From Utricularia gibba (Eukaryota > Plantae > Magnoliophyta): DNA of 64,000 bases. Every line of letters begins with the position of its first letter. Position 1 is the first letter of the stretch. Positions 39,901 to 53,901 of this stretch are shown here, piece after piece. The DNA lies in contig NEEC01000012.1 of NCBI GenBank assembly GCA_002189035.1, positions 2,108,001 through 2,172,000 on the forward strand, in the 5' to 3' direction. Both the position numbers and the translations under genes were made by a program. The notes beneath the pieces were generated by a model. The model was not told where the DNA came from and did not search any database. It saw only the letters and a program-made list of their open reading frames with translations.

Positions 39901-40552
39901 AGATACACTGAAGATGCATGACATCACAAAAAGCTTGTTCCACAATGTAAGACTTTTGTCCTGTGGGTCAAAAATCTTCTTCTCAGAAACTTTAAGGTCC
40001 TCAGAAAATACAGCTCTGGAAACACCAAACCCAAGAGATCGACCAATAGATTTTAGCCCTTGAGAGCCCTTACTCATTCCTCTCTGGAATGTTTTTGGTG
40101 AACTTTGAGCTGTAAGGCCTCCACGAGATATGCCATCAAAACTCAAACCACAATTTTTAACCCCAGAATTTGCTGGCGATGAACCTCTTGAATCCCAATC
40201 ATCCAACCTTAAAAAGATTAAGTTTATCAATAATCAGTTACACGTTAAAGCAATCCACAGTCCCCTACGCACACTTTGAAAGAAAGAGAGACACCCTTCT
40301 TGGTACAAGCCCTAAATCCCAATCATTTCATTGATATTATTTCAAGAATCCAACTTTTGACCTATATGTCCCTACCACTTGGCCAGCTCCATGGACACTG
40401 GACCAGAATCAATTTAGAATGAAAAACAGGACCTCCCACTGTTAACGCAAGGAACACTGCTCATTTCTCATACAATAAAATAGAACTGCATACCTTACAA
40501 ACATGTCCCTTTGTTTGGGAATATATTGTGTCTTTGAGCTGCAATCAAACAT
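36905..40552 (-). CDS. Cyclic nucleotide-gated channel, group II (CNGC5/6-like); apparent -1 frameshift near 37075-37110
   Basis: MFDCSSK..FVRLDDWDSR, KKIFDPQDK, GQGL pore, CNBD (LVREGDPV, GDFCGEELL), IQ motif FIQAAWRRY. Conserved tail GSYSIGAAFLASKFAANAL...KPPEPDF lies in a shifted frame ending at 36905. Confidence 0.9.
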
Positions 40553-42316
40553 CTCACCATACACACCTACGCCTGCATGAAAACAGCCTTTTTACTATGA
40601 GAAATGTCTACAATCTAGGCCGCAGGTTATATAAATCAAATCATTAAACCTCCCCTGATAAATGATCTCAATCGAAGTAGGGAAAGACAATACAAGACCA
40701 GCAGTAAATGCATACACAGTAAAACACCTAGCACTAGAGTATGAAAGATTCAAAAATGAAAACAAAAGATACATAAACAAGCAGCAAAACAAGAATACAC
40801 CTGCTTGCTATCGAGAGTAAATCGTGAAAAGTCCATGAACGAAGGAAGCAAAGTCAAAACTAAAACCACATAAGGACTTCTTACATTCTTCCACTGCAAT
40901 GAACGCCAGGTTCATATCTCACAATAAAGTTCAATCCGTACCTACTTTTACTGTCACCCACCTTGTCAAGATTCATTGGGCAAAACTGGGTAAGCATTTC
41001 ATGTAACCAACACCATCCCTATTTCAGTTAAAATTAACTGCAACGGTTAACTTCTCAATCCCGAAAAAGTGAAGACGAGAACCCCACTCAAAACCCAGAA
41101 AATAACGCGAACTTCTCAATGCCCAGAAACCGAAAACGGCAAATGACTTGTTAACCTATTCTACAAATAGAAAAAAACAACAATCTAATTCTTCACGTAC
41201 CCTAGTTTCTCACTGTAGCATCAAAATGAAGTCGCAGAGATGTACCGGAAGGAGGGAACCATCTACAGATCAAACAGCAGAAGTGTTCCGCAGAGGATTC
41301 ACATGTGAAAAGGCGCAGCCTCTGCGTTGACTAAGCTATCCTTTAATGTAGGCGTGGTTAGTCGGAATTCTGCAGAATGACAACGAACACGACGACAAAG
41401 GAAACATATTTTATTTGTTTTGCTAAATACTCCCTACTCCCTCCCCTTCACTATCATCATAACAATAGCAATTATTATTATCAATATTATATTCATATTA
41501 ATTTGCAGAGTAAAAAATCAATAGATTAAGACGACCATCAATTTGGATTGGGCCGCTGTAAAAATCAAGCCCAATATAATAAGATTCTGTTATATTTAAA
41601 TATGAAATTAAATAAAAAATATATATTATTCAACTAAAAATATTCAAAATCACCTTTTTAATAATATAATACTAAGAGTGTGTTTTATAATATAGAATAT
41701 AAGATTTATACTAAAATTTACAAATAAATTATTCTTTAATTACCTAACATATATATTAATCTTGTATGATTATACCACTTATATACTCATTTTTTGAACA
41801 TGTGAATAATATACACAAATGATACAAATATTATTTATATTTATATCATTCATATACTCAAATTTTTATTTTCAGGTATCAAACGTTATATATAATTAAT
41901 TATATACATACTTAATTATATTATAATTAAAGATACTAACATTCTAATATCAAACGATTTCTAAAACATACTTTGGTAGAGTGTTTGAAATTTTAATTAC
42001 ATGATTTAAAATAAAATATAATTTATAAATTTAAATTTAAAATATATTTGATAAATAAATTTAAATATGTTAAATAAATCATATCAAAAATTTAATATAA
42101 AACATATCTTTTATTTTATCTTCAATAAACACATGTAGGACATTTGAATTTATATAAAATTAGTTTTAAATAAAAATTTCAATTTAATTTAAAATTTATT
42201 ATCAAACACTAATATTAAATAAAATGTCTCTAAACTAAACACAATATTAATAAATATATTAAAATTTATGGAAAACAAACACTGTTTATGGTGACTTGTT
42301 ACAAACACCTTCAATT

Positions 42317-42624
42317 CTATTTCGCGGGGCGGGTATTTTCCGGCGTGGCGGTGCCGGTGGCGACCCTGGCGACATCCATGGCGGTTGCCTCCGGCTTCTT
42401 CTTCGAATACAACGTCAAATATCCGATTAATCCGGTGAACAAAAACCCGCCGATCGCCAGCCGCGCCGGGCATATGGGAATCCTGCCGCGCTGGTGGAGC
42501 ACCTCCGTGCTGTGCTTCGCCGCGGAAGCGGGCCGTGGCTTTCCCTGGAATCCGCCTTCCGGTTCTCCGGCAGGCCATTCCGACTTCCCCCACCTTGTCC
42601 TTCAACGTTTCCCTGTGCAACCAT
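42317..42624 (-). CDS. Small (about 102 aa) single-pass membrane protein of unknown function; apparent -1 frameshift at C-run 42587-42591
   Basis: EVLHQR...LAIGGFLFTGLIGYLTLYSKKKPEATAMDVARV resembles a small plant protein family recalled from memory. Adding one G joins ATG 42624 to this frame. Confidence 0.6.
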
Positions 42625-42919
42625 TTTTGGAACAATTGGAAGTTACGATGGCATGGAGGGGAGGGGAGGGGAGGTTGGGGTATATATAGGTGGCTGAGGT
42701 TAGTTAGTTTGTTGACACGTGGACGAAGGAGCTTGAAAACCGGGTTGAATGTATATTTATGAGAATTTATTGAATACAAAAAATACATTTAATAATAAAT
42801 GTAATTAAAAAATTAATACAGAAAGCGCATTATTTTTATATTTATTTTGAAATTTGTTTGAAAATTTTAATTAGGTCAATATTGAGAAAATTCATGTTTA
42901 ATCTTTTTGAATTTGTAAC

Positions 42920-43070
42920 AATGTTATTGGGCTGAATGATGGGTCCGATACTGTTCAATAATAATGGGCTTTACAGAGGGCCCATTACTTCACGGCCCGT
43001 AACAGCTGTAATTTCATCAGTTCCTTCACTCTTGTGGAGTCACTGAAGCTGCCTTAAACCCTAGAATTTC
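42920..43070. promoter_or_regulatory. Site-II (TGGGCY/GGCCCA) and telo-box cluster in the divergent promoter of the small-protein gene and VDAC
   Basis: TGGGCT near 42928 and 42966, GGCCCA near 42980, AAACCCTAG at 43056-43064. Confidence 0.55.
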
Positions 43071-43343
43071 GCCTATTACTGAAAGTCGTCGTTTCCGGTC
43101 GCTGCTCGGAAGCGATCGAATCTTCCATATGTAAGAATCTATCCCACATTTTTCGTCTTCAGAATTCCTGGTGATTGATCTTTGTTTAGTTTGTCAATTG
43201 ATTTTTTTTTTTTTTGGTGGATGTCGATTTTTTCTCCCCTGAGGTTTTGTTTATGTTTATTTTCTTTCAATCATACATTTGACCAGATAAAAGTGTTGAT
43301 ATACTTGGGGTTCCTGTAGACAGTTCGCAAAAAAAGGCAGCAA

Positions 43344-45354
43344 TGAGCAAGGGACCTGGCCCTTTTTCTGAAATTGGGAGGCGTGCAAGAGGTAGCCGTA
43401 AAACTCACCTCGCAGATTTGGCTTAGTTGGGTGGATTTTGTTGAGATTGACGTGAAATTCGTTGTCATTTCTTTAGTTACAAGTTCCTCAGAAATCGAGA
43501 TAAAACATCGGACCATGTAAACTTTTCAAACTAATATTGGTAACAGTTTTCCATCATTTAGTTTACTAAAATCCAAAGATGGAGGAACTGCTTCACTTAA
43601 GAAAAATATGAGTACTTTTGTCCAACAATTTTTTTCCGGCTGTGTAACTATTGGGTTACATTTGCAGCAGCGTAGTTGATTCACAAAAATTGATGTAGCA
43701 TGTGTTTATAAGTTTTAAAATACGTTTTGAAGCTTTTTCCCTGATTTCCTCCCTTTCGTAACGCAGATGTTTTGACAAAGGATTACAATTATGATCAGAA
43801 GTTCTCTGTCTCGATTCCAAGTTCCACTGGCATGGTATTTTGATGCACAGCTTTGTTTCCACCCTGATCTACATAGCCATTATTCCGGCACAATCAATGT
43901 TTTCTGGCATTACACTTTGGCTACTGAATTGCTTCAGTCCATGATGCATTGAGATGTTTTGATGATGATGATAAATGTGTTTCCTTTTGGAGTCCGTTGC
44001 TGATGTCTTTTGCATGTGATTTAACACACACGTTTTAACTATCATAGGGAATTACGGCAACTGGGATAAAGAAGGATCAGATCTTTTTTGGTGACCTGAA
44101 TTTGCAGCACAAGGGTGAGAAAACTACAGTTGATGTTAAAGTTTACACTTACTCCAGTGTAAGGAGCAGTTCTACTATGATTTGATCGCATATTTTACTT
44201 CTTTTTGGGTTTGCTTGCTTTTATTATTCCCTCCTTGACGAATTGTCCTTTTACTTACTCTTTCATGGTATTGTCAAAACTAAATCACTGGTGCCATGGC
44301 CTTTTAGGTTACAACAAAGGTGACTTATGACATTTCGGATGGTGCAAAAGCGGCTGTTAGTTTCACTGTACCTGATCACAAGTCTGGAAAGGTAAATTCG
44401 GATGGAGCTATATAATGAGGTTGTGAATTCTGTGTTTGGTAGTCTAGTATTCTTTCGAGGATTTTTCATTACTTGTATTTTCTCTTTCAGCTTGAGGTGA
44501 ATTATCTTCACCCTCATGCTGCATTCAATTCTTCCATTGGGCTGAATCCAAGTCCTCTCCTCGAAGTTGCTGCTGCAATTGGTTCCAAGGATATGTCCAT
44601 TGGTGGGGAGGTTGGGTTTGATACCTCCAGTTCTTCTTTCACCAAATACAATGCTGGGTTAGGCTTTAACAAGCCAGACTTTTCTGCAGCTCTTATCCTG
44701 TAAGCACCTGTATTCATTCTTTTATACCTTTTTCCCTTCGCAGAAATATCAATTTTAGTAATAAAAAGGTGAAACCCGTAATTATGGAATAAAATCCAAG
44801 CTTTGTTGCTGTGTTTATTCTTTCACTGGCGTATGGCACTTCCATATTGTCTTAAATTTCAATATTATTCTTTAGTCCACTTTAATGCCGATTTCAAAAC
44901 TGTTCCTCCAGTTTCGCCTACAGAAAATTTGTGATTCGGGATGCTTTTACCGGAAGTTGATATATCCATCACCCCTGTATCATCTCCTTCGCCTCCTATT
45001 GCTACTATAGTTGAAGTTAATCATGAAAGACTTGTGCCACTTTTGTAGGAGCGACAGGGGGCAAACACTGAAGGCCTCATATGCCCATTTGATCAACCCC
45101 TCCACTGGAACCGAGGTTGCCGCCGAGATGGTGCACAGGTTATCCAGTTTTGAGAACAGCTTCAGTGTGGGAAGCATTCACAGGGTCGACCCTCGCACCC
45201 TCGTCAAGACCCGATTCTCCGACGACGGCAGGATTGCCGTGTCAAGCCAACACGAATGGCGTCCCCGATCACTTGCAACCTTCTCAGCCGAATACAACAC
45301 CAAGGAGAGCAATGCCGCCCCAAGTTCGGGTTCTCCATTGCTCTGAAGCCCTGA
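43344..45354 (+). CDS. VDAC: Mitochondrial outer-membrane porin (VDAC4-like); apparent -1 frameshift at C-run 45318-45321
   Basis: MSKGPGPFSEIGRRARDVLTKDY, SSIGLNPSPLLEV, FTKYNAGLGF. Restoring one C gives the canonical end PKFGFSIALKP*. Confidence 0.92.
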
Positions 45355-48300
45355 AAAGTGCTTGCTTGTCTCTCTTCTTTCATTGCTTATCCGGCGGCTC
45401 TTTCATATTCAAGGGATCTGCGGGGTTATGCAGGTCAGACAAGGTTTTGTTCTGCATTCACGGCATAAATCCTTCCGCCGAGATTCTTTAGCTCAAGAAT
45501 GGGGTCTTGTTGCAAAATAAATTGGCCAGAATTTGTTGTTTAAAAGAAAAAAAAGCATAGAAATTTGGGTCCTTTTTTGAATAACAAATGAGGGAACGAT
45601 ATAATGGGCCGTAGGATAAAAACATAATGGACTCCATTAGTCCTTAATATGTTCACATTGTTTTTAGAATGGGTACGATTAATTTTCAATATTTGATAAA
45701 AATAGTATAATTAAGTTCTATTCATGTATTTATTTTTCAAATTTTTATTTGAATTATTTTTATTTTTATATTTTGAATAATAGTTATAATTGATTTTTAA
45801 TATTTAAAAATCAGATATATTTGATACATATTGTTTTACAATTTGATAAAATTAGTTTTTTATTTTTTTGATCAACCAATGATCTCTGTCAAACGTGAGA
45901 TAATAATAATAAATATTCTTGAAATTTATCTGAAATTGTAATATTGCGATTCTCTACTTTAGTGTGTATGCTAACTAAATGTGACTAATATGCACCTTCG
46001 AAATCTAAAATCAAAGTGTTTCACAAAGAATAAAATTAATTGTACTCAGTATTAAATTTTCCATATTAATATATGTGAACCATAAATGGAAAATGGTAGA
46101 TTTGTAAATAATCCAGTGGGTATGCATCAATCTGGTTTATTATTATTATCTTCATCCGTACGCGCAGGCATCTCCCATGTTGGAGATAAATAATTACTAT
46201 TTTTATTGTAAAAAAAAACCCTAGACATTTATATGCATCCATTTTTCTCCACATTTATTTCCAAAACACGGCAAGAGGACGGGGTACCCACTTGGAGTGT
46301 AATAATTCAAAACGTGTATTGATAAAATGTATTGATGTCAAAACCCTAATAATTATCTAACCAACCTACCCCATAACATGCATGCACAATATTATAATGT
46401 CAAAACCCTAATTGTGTGTCCTTCCTTAATAATACAATCCTAGGTTTCGCGGTGATTAAGATGGGTGGCACATTTGTCTATTCCTTGTTTGAAATTTTTA
46501 TAATTTATTACTACTTTATAATTTCTCATGAACAATTAGAAAATATTATTTTTATTAGAATAAATAATATCAAATCGGAAAATAAAAATGAAATTATTAA
46601 ATATATAATAGATTGTAAATCATTATTAATCAATTAAGTATAATATTTTTTAATGTAATTTATATTTATTATGTATTTAGATTTTCACGTGTGTTTGTTT
46701 AATCCGTTAGATCTTTAATCTTAATACTTTTTGTTCTGTATTTTGAAAATCACTTTTTGAAATGTAATTTTCAATAAAATATAACCTGGATCTCTATTGC
46801 TTTTTAAAAAAATAGAATTCATTCGTACTTGATAATAAAAATGTTTTGAATCATTCGTATTTCGCCCAATACTTCCTCATGACACAGCTATTTCACCATG
46901 GCAGCACCATGTGTAAGTGATATTAGGACAAGAGTCAAGGGATGGGCACGGGATGGCTCAGAAACACCTCGAACTCGTAAGATGCCGAGTTCGCATTCCG
47001 TCATAACTCATGTGTAGGTCCGAATTCGATGACAATGTTTGAGGAGCAGAATCGACTCGTTTAATCCAATTTGTAATAACTCGTTAATTATCATCAACTC
47101 GTATGTTTGTGACTTGAAAGAACTCAGGCTCGTGGAATTACACTCAAAAACTCGTTATAAATAAAGCGAACATCGAATCATTACTGCATAAAATGTCGAA
47201 TTATGCCATTTTGCAATGAAGTATATATATGTTGTTGTCCTAATACCATAAGAACAAAACCCATGTACAACCTTACAAAGCACTCACATTCTGGGATTAT
47301 ATTTTTATATTCAAGGAAAGCATAGAAAAACTGCCCAGAAGAATTAGGAGCTGTCTCCACGTTGACTTATGGTGCTCATTGGCATGAAATATGATTTGGG
47401 AATCGAAAATGTGGTCAAAGTTTTTCGCGAAGGATCATGCGGATGGATAGTGTGATTAGTCAATCTTCAATTCTAGGGTTCAGGAGTGACGTACGTACAT
47501 GGGTTGTGAAATTTCGGACACAATGGTCGTGCCCTGGGACAAAAACATTAAATCCAACATGTGTCACATCTAAGTCAACACGTGCTCATTAAATCCAACC
47601 AACCACAGGCATAGGACGACAAATATTCAAATTAGCCCCCTCCTCCCCTTCCTCCCACTAGCTGATTTAATGGTTAGAACCGTGGAATGTTTGGAGATCG
47701 GCTCGAACCGGAACGATTCAATTTGATTATTGGTAATTTGTAATTGTTGATGTCGCGTATGAATGTGATCACATTGATACCAAAGATCCTCATTATCATG
47801 ATGAACTAGAATGGAAGTTATCTAATACCTTATATATATTGAAATATGATATTTGGTATCAAAATCAAACCCAATCATGTAACCAATGATAAGAAGAGGG
47901 AGTGAGTATCTAAAAGTGGGGAGAATATAAGGTAAGGAGCCTAATTAGGATATCCTAACATTAGTTACAGACGAAGTAAGAGATGTATTTGAATAGAAGG
48001 ATCATTTTAATCCTGTATGAATTCTTTTTTTCGAAGAAATAAAGTTAAAATCATAAGAATTAGAATGTTAGATGAATAATATCGTATAAAAAGAGGTGGG
48101 TGATGACATGTATAACATATGTTGAAATGAAAATTGGTTTTTATATGAATACGAATACCCATAAACCGATTCTACTCGTTTTAAACCGGCCGGTCTAGGG
48201 TTAGTGGGTGTGGTGGAAATTTCACCCTCTCCGATCCCCATTTCTCATTGCTGGTTTAATGCTGACAGGGCGTCAAAGGTGCCATCTATGGCCTCCCCAC

Positions 48301-48494
48301 TCCATGGATCCATCAAAGTCATGGATCCGAGTAAATTGTCGTCGTGATCGATAGAAAAAAATACGAGGGGATTTGAAACACACATAAAATATTAAAGAAC
48401 ACATGTTGGTCTCCGTCAACGCGTTTGCTTTCCACCTCTTCTTTATAAGCGCTTCGAGAAATTCTCTTCATTTGCTCTTCAAAGGAAGGCGGAG

Positions 48495-49688
48495 ATGGAG
48501 ATGCCGAAGCTTCTACTAATAATCGCCGTCGTCGCTTCGGTTGTGCAAGCGGTTCCCGCGGCTCGAACAAATAGCAAGTTTCTGCAGAGGCGGAGTCGCT
48601 TTGCTCAGACCATGTTTCAGCAACAACAAGGTGAAGAAAGCAAGGTTTTGCTCGCATCTTTTTTTGGGTGGTCGGGAAAGTTATGTTCGGAATATGAAAG
48701 CCCTTTTTTTTCCTTCTATTTCTATAGTGAAGATAGTCGCACGTAATGACAGATCACGGCCATATTGTTAAAAGCTTGTGGTAAGAATGGATTTCGTTCC
48801 CTCGTATTCCTCGCTCACTGTATCTCATATTTCAACAAAGTGGGTAGTGGGTTTGTCGCGGTTGGAGTCCAGAAGAGTGTCTGTGTCTCTGTGTGTGCTA
48901 GTTGACATGTGTGTTTCTGATCGGATTTTGCTTCATTTCTTCTACTTCAGAAAGCAGTATCCTTCGAAGGCCACTTACGACGGCATCCGTATTGAACTGG
49001 AAATCGGAAACATCAAGAACTCGAAGCCTGATTGATGATGCACAGAGATCTGTACAGAAACCCTACAGAAGTTCCAATCTTTGCCAAGTGGGGCTCACGC
49101 AGGGGATTCTTTGCAACGACGAATGCGTCAACACGACATCAAATAACCTCCACTGCGGCGCCTGCAACAACGCATGCGATCCTCAATCCATTTGCTGCGA
49201 CGGCGAATGCGTCACGGGTTCCGATTTCAGATATTGCGGTAAATGCTCAAAAACACATGCGACAGTTGCATTTGCGTTATGTACTCGTAAATGACATGTT
49301 CATTCTCGCTGCAGGAAACAGGATTGTCCAAAGGCCGATCACAGAGATGAATCCATGGAAAGGACGGCAAAAGGGTTATAGAAGCCCAAACCCCGCGACA
49401 GAAATACAAAAACCTAAACCCCAAAACGTTCAAAAACCCTATTCAAGCTCCGGCCTTTGCCAAGTTGGCATCACGCAGGGAACCCTATGCGCCGGCGAGT
49501 GCGTCAACACAACCTCCGACACCTTCAACTGCGGCGCCTGCAACAACATCTGCGACTACCAATCGGAATGCTGTGGCGGGCGATGCGTTAACCTTATGAT
49601 GGACGCCGGAAACTGCGGCGCGTGCAACCGGACGTGCAACAGTTGCTTCGGAGGACTTTGCGACTACGCACACAACGGAGGTGCATGA
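48495..49688 (+). CDS. STIG1-like secreted Cys-rich protein A with two tandem STIG1 domains (exons 48495-48630, 48951-49238, 49315-49688; 265 aa)
   Basis: Signal peptide, CV..D..NCG.C...C...CC.G.CV and LCDYA motifs. All three exons are phase-1 compatible. Confidence 0.75.
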
Positions 49689-52362
49689 TCCCCGGCGACT
49701 AAGCTTAGGGGCGTGACATGAAAACATAGCTTGCCCCTGGAAATTTTGGAATCACCTTGTAATCTACCGCCAGAACATGACCACTGATTTTTCGTCCCAT
49801 GTTCTGGTCCGAGGCAACTTAGGGCCCCGAATTTCCCATACACAATCCGGAACGGATTCTCTATACATGTAAATCAACACAACTTTCAAGTACAATTCCA
49901 TCCTCTGTGTTTTCCTGTTTCAACTATGATGATGTAAGAATGCTTTTGGCTATTTTAATGGCCAATATCTTCTTATTACAATTTCATAGAATCATCAACT
50001 TAATACTAGTAAATAGTGTTCTTCAAAATTTTTGAGCATCATTTTTACTTTTGAAAAAGTAAAATGTAGAAGTAGAAATTTATCAAAGAAGTAAAAATAG
50101 AAATAACGTGTTCTGGAAAAATTACAAAAATACATATTTTCAAGAATCTAATAGCAAAAATTGAAATGAAAAGTAGAATTAGCTACTTTATTATGTCTAC
50201 TTTTGTCAAAAATAGAAACATAAATAGTAAAAATAGAGGTAATAACAACACTCAGAACATAGTATTATTCAAATTTTTTGTAATGATTTCAACTATACGA
50301 TTTATTGGCATATAGTTCAACACGACATGTATATAAATTCTTAAAATGTTCATTTAAAAATACGATAGAAATATTGCGATTTACGATTTTTCTTCGATGT
50401 ATCTCTACGCTCTCTTCCATATGAATAGTCAATTACCGTAACCGCAGATTGAAATCCGTAGGTGCCCCCGGGCTACTCTACCGTATGAATACCGTTACTT
50501 TGCAAAGAAACATGAACCCTAGACCGGGAGACCTCCTCCATTTGCAATGACTCGCGATCCAGCGAAACGTGAAGGCAAAGTTGTCCGATCCACTTGGGGC
50601 TTATGTTTTAAATGAGATCCCAGAAATCAAGACCTTGCTTTTTTTGTTCTTTGAATGTAGGATCCCAGTTTTAATTCTAATCTATCAGAAATCTTACTTC
50701 AGTTATTAAACTTGAGATTTTGATATTATTGTCCGTAGAATATTAATAATATATATTCATTATTTGTTAGGATGTTTTAATTTACTGGATTTAAAGGTGG
50801 GTAAGATTAATTTACATAAAAATGAATGATTTGAAAAAAATAGAAGTGTGTTTCGTGGAGAGTATATCTTAAGAAATAATTATTTATCGTATATTTGTCA
50901 AAAAAATTGTAATTAAATTTATATAAAATATTACTAAATTGTCTATAATAGATAATTGGAATAAGTACTTTTTTTTCAAATAATAAAGATAATACTCTAC
51001 TTTATCATTAGGTTATTTGATCAACTCAGCTAATAAAGAGATTTGTGTTTTAGCATGAATAAAATCTTAAATAAAAAATTATTTGGATATGGAATTTATG
51101 GTAGTAAATATAAATTCTTACCAAATATGCGATTAGAAGGAATTATTTAACATATAATAGATTTTATATTCTATGAAATGAGTCCTAAATTTCTAAATTT
51201 AAATAAAAAAACAAGAAATATAAATACCAGGTTGCTTAATATTCAATATTAATTATGATTTTACACGATTTAAAAAACAAAAAAAATTACGGTGCACTTC
51301 TACTTCATACGATAAATAGTTCAATTTATTTTTTAAAAAAGATAATTACATTTTCAGCCTCAGATGTAAAATAAAAGAGGCACGTGGACACATTGGGCCA
51401 CCAGCCAGCGCGTGGTGGACACAAAATTGGGCCAAATTGGGGGTTTTGGTGAAAATCCTACCTCCCGTATTTAGAAATGAATTTGAATCAAATCGAATTT
51501 AATAATTTATAATTATATTTGAATAAATCGAATTTAATAATTTTTAATTATATTTCTAAAATATTTATAAAAATTAAAATTCTTGTTTTACAAAAATGAA
51601 ACGCATTCTTCCATTTAATCATGAGATTTTATTAAATCAATAATTTTAAAGTACTGGTTCGAATCCTTACAAGACCCCGTCACTTTCACTTTAAATATAT
51701 ATTTTTATATAAAATAAGAAGCAAATTACATTTAAATAATTTATTAAATTAAAATACGGGCATTTATTAATCTACTTTAGGCAGGCCGCGTTCTTAAACT
51801 TGGTAGCAGTAGTAAGTACTACTGCAAGTACCAATTTATTAATACCACAATTAATGGTTAATTATTCCACTCAGTGTGTGAGTGGGTGTTTTGCTGGGGA
51901 TTATAATATTAAAATTTAATTTGATAACTGATTAATTAAATTGTTAAAAAGGTTAAAAAATGAAATTCAAATGGAGAGCAAATGCGGCAGCTTTCGTTTA
52001 GATAAATTTCATGTCGGTGCTCCGGTGTATATATATATATATCATTATTAAAGATATCACATTGGAAAGTGCTCAAAGTACAGAATTAAAATAGGGTCAG
52101 AGGTAATTAATTAAATGGATTAATTATGGTCACATTAAAGCCTCTTGACTTGGAAGTGAACCCAATCACACGGTATGATACACGTTTGATTGTGATTATA
52201 TTCAAAATTACTTTTCTAGAAATACTTCTGATAGTTTTTTAAAAAAATATATTGGTTTTAGATTTTTATTACATTTGAAATAAAAATGGCATATTTTTTT
52301 ATTACAAAATTGATTCTTAAATAATTTTACCAAAATAGAAATTGTTCTAAACAAATAATTAA

Positions 52363-52531
52363 GGTCTTGTTTGATATGTTGATTTATGATGAATTTAATA
52401 AAATTATATTATTTAATATGTAGGTATAATTATATCAATTACACAGGTATAATCATTATTATAATAATATATTACCCTCATCTATGTATACTCAAGAGGG
52501 GATATGAGTATTTTTATACTCAAACAAAACC
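52363..52531. mobile_element. Tourist-like MITE (169 bp) with TAA TSD
   Basis: TAA-GGTCTTGTTTG...CAAACAAAACC-TAA; TIRs match 10/11. Confidence 0.65.
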
Positions 52532-53222
52532 TAAGAGTCGTGAAAATATTTAAATACCCAAATACAAAACACTTAATTTCTACTCTCTTTTTTTTGTAAC
52601 ATATAATATGAATATATTTCTTGGTACTCTGATAATCAAAATGGCATTACCAAGTACAATTCATACCAAAGCACAAGGATACGTTTTTTTTTTTTTGGAG
52701 CTTTTTTTTGACATTTTTAATAATATAAATGTAACTATATAAAAAAATGAGAAGATCCTTAAGTTCTCACGAAATAGAACCCTAAACACGACTCATTGTA
52801 CTAACGTTTTTATTTTATTTAAATTTATTGATACAACTTGTTGAACTAAAAGTACAAATTTAGATGATCATGTTTTTTATATACACATTGTCATTTAGAC
52901 ACCTTTTTTAAATTTCAATTTTTTTTGAGTAGATGTGTTAGCATAGAAACTTAACTCTGGTAATTATTATGAATCAGGTGTAAAAATTAACGGATTTTTG
53001 TCCAATTTGGTTCATCGATTTTCTCAGTGGTCCGAGTCGGTTCAACACGAAGCTATACTCCCCAGGTGCATACCATCTGATTTTATTGTCTTTTTCTGGA
53101 CGATTATAACCTATTCCTTGTTAGATTTGCTGAGGCTGAAGAATGGTACGCAGTTAATTCCGTATTTAGTGAAGATGTAGAAAAAGTGTGATGGTGTTCA
53201 AGAGTCAATGCTATGCTATCAG

Positions 53223-53243
53223 GATATAAACCTCCTCCCACCA
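53223..53243 (+). promoter_or_regulatory. TATA-box core promoter shared with STIG1-like C (59730-59749)
   Basis: GATATAAACCTCCTCCCACCA versus GATATAAACCCCTCCCACCA, about 65-80 nt upstream of each ATG. Confidence 0.55.
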
Positions 53244-53287
53244 ACCTCAGTTTGATCACAGCTGCAGCCATTATTACATCCAGTAAG

Positions 53288-53901
53288 ATGATGAAGATGG
53301 TCATAATTCTGCTCCTCTTCTCGGGGTTTGCGGCGCTCGTGGTCGTGATTCCGCACCTCAGATCGGAGATTCGAAATCTGCAACGACGCTTCGGAACTGT
53401 CTTTCGGAAAGAACAAGGTGAAAAGGAACACAAGGAGTTGCAAATCCAGGGTATGAAGATGCAGTTTTCCTTGTGTGATTTCCCACGATTCCCACCTTTT
53501 TTTGGTCTTCAAGATGTGTGTTTCTACTAAAAAGAAAACATTTTTTTGTGTTCTTAGAAAAAATTGTGCCTGGAAGTTGGGAGCCTGCGATACGGCTGCC
53601 GGAATCCAGATTCAAAGCGAGGAATGTGACGAAAAGAAGGGAGATCAAAGTCAGCAAGAAGAAAACGCGATGCACACTGCCGGCGGGAAAGGGAATCATC
53701 TGCAGCAACGTATGCGTTAACACGAACTCCGATCCGTCCAACTGCGGAAGCTGCGGCAAGAAGTGCCGGTTCCGGTGGCTCTGCTGCGGTGGTAAGTGCG
53801 TCAACGTTATGAAGGAGACGAAGCACTGCGGCACATGCAATCATACAAAATGCAAGACGTGTGTCTTTGGAATGTGCGATTATGCACATGGAGACGAGTA
53901 G
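53288..53901 (+). CDS. STIG1-like secreted Cys-rich protein B (exons 53288-53417, 53558-53901; 157 aa)
   Basis: Hydrophobic N-terminus, 14-Cys domain ending FGMCDYA, phase-1 intron. Confidence 0.85.

Noticed and set aside
42189-42788. 199-aa minus-strand ORF
   Set aside because: Alternate frame of the small-protein gene extended by AT-rich flanks; no coherent composition.
51656-51666. GGTTCGAATCC tRNA T-loop motif (and a similar one near 5893)
   Set aside because: No acceptor, D or anticodon arms in the AT-rich flanks; at most a SINE or TE remnant.
51800-51834. Compact hairpin GCAGTAGT-AAGT-ACTACTGC as a Helitron end or terminator
   Set aside because: No CTRR terminus follows, and a single short palindrome is unremarkable in 64 kb.
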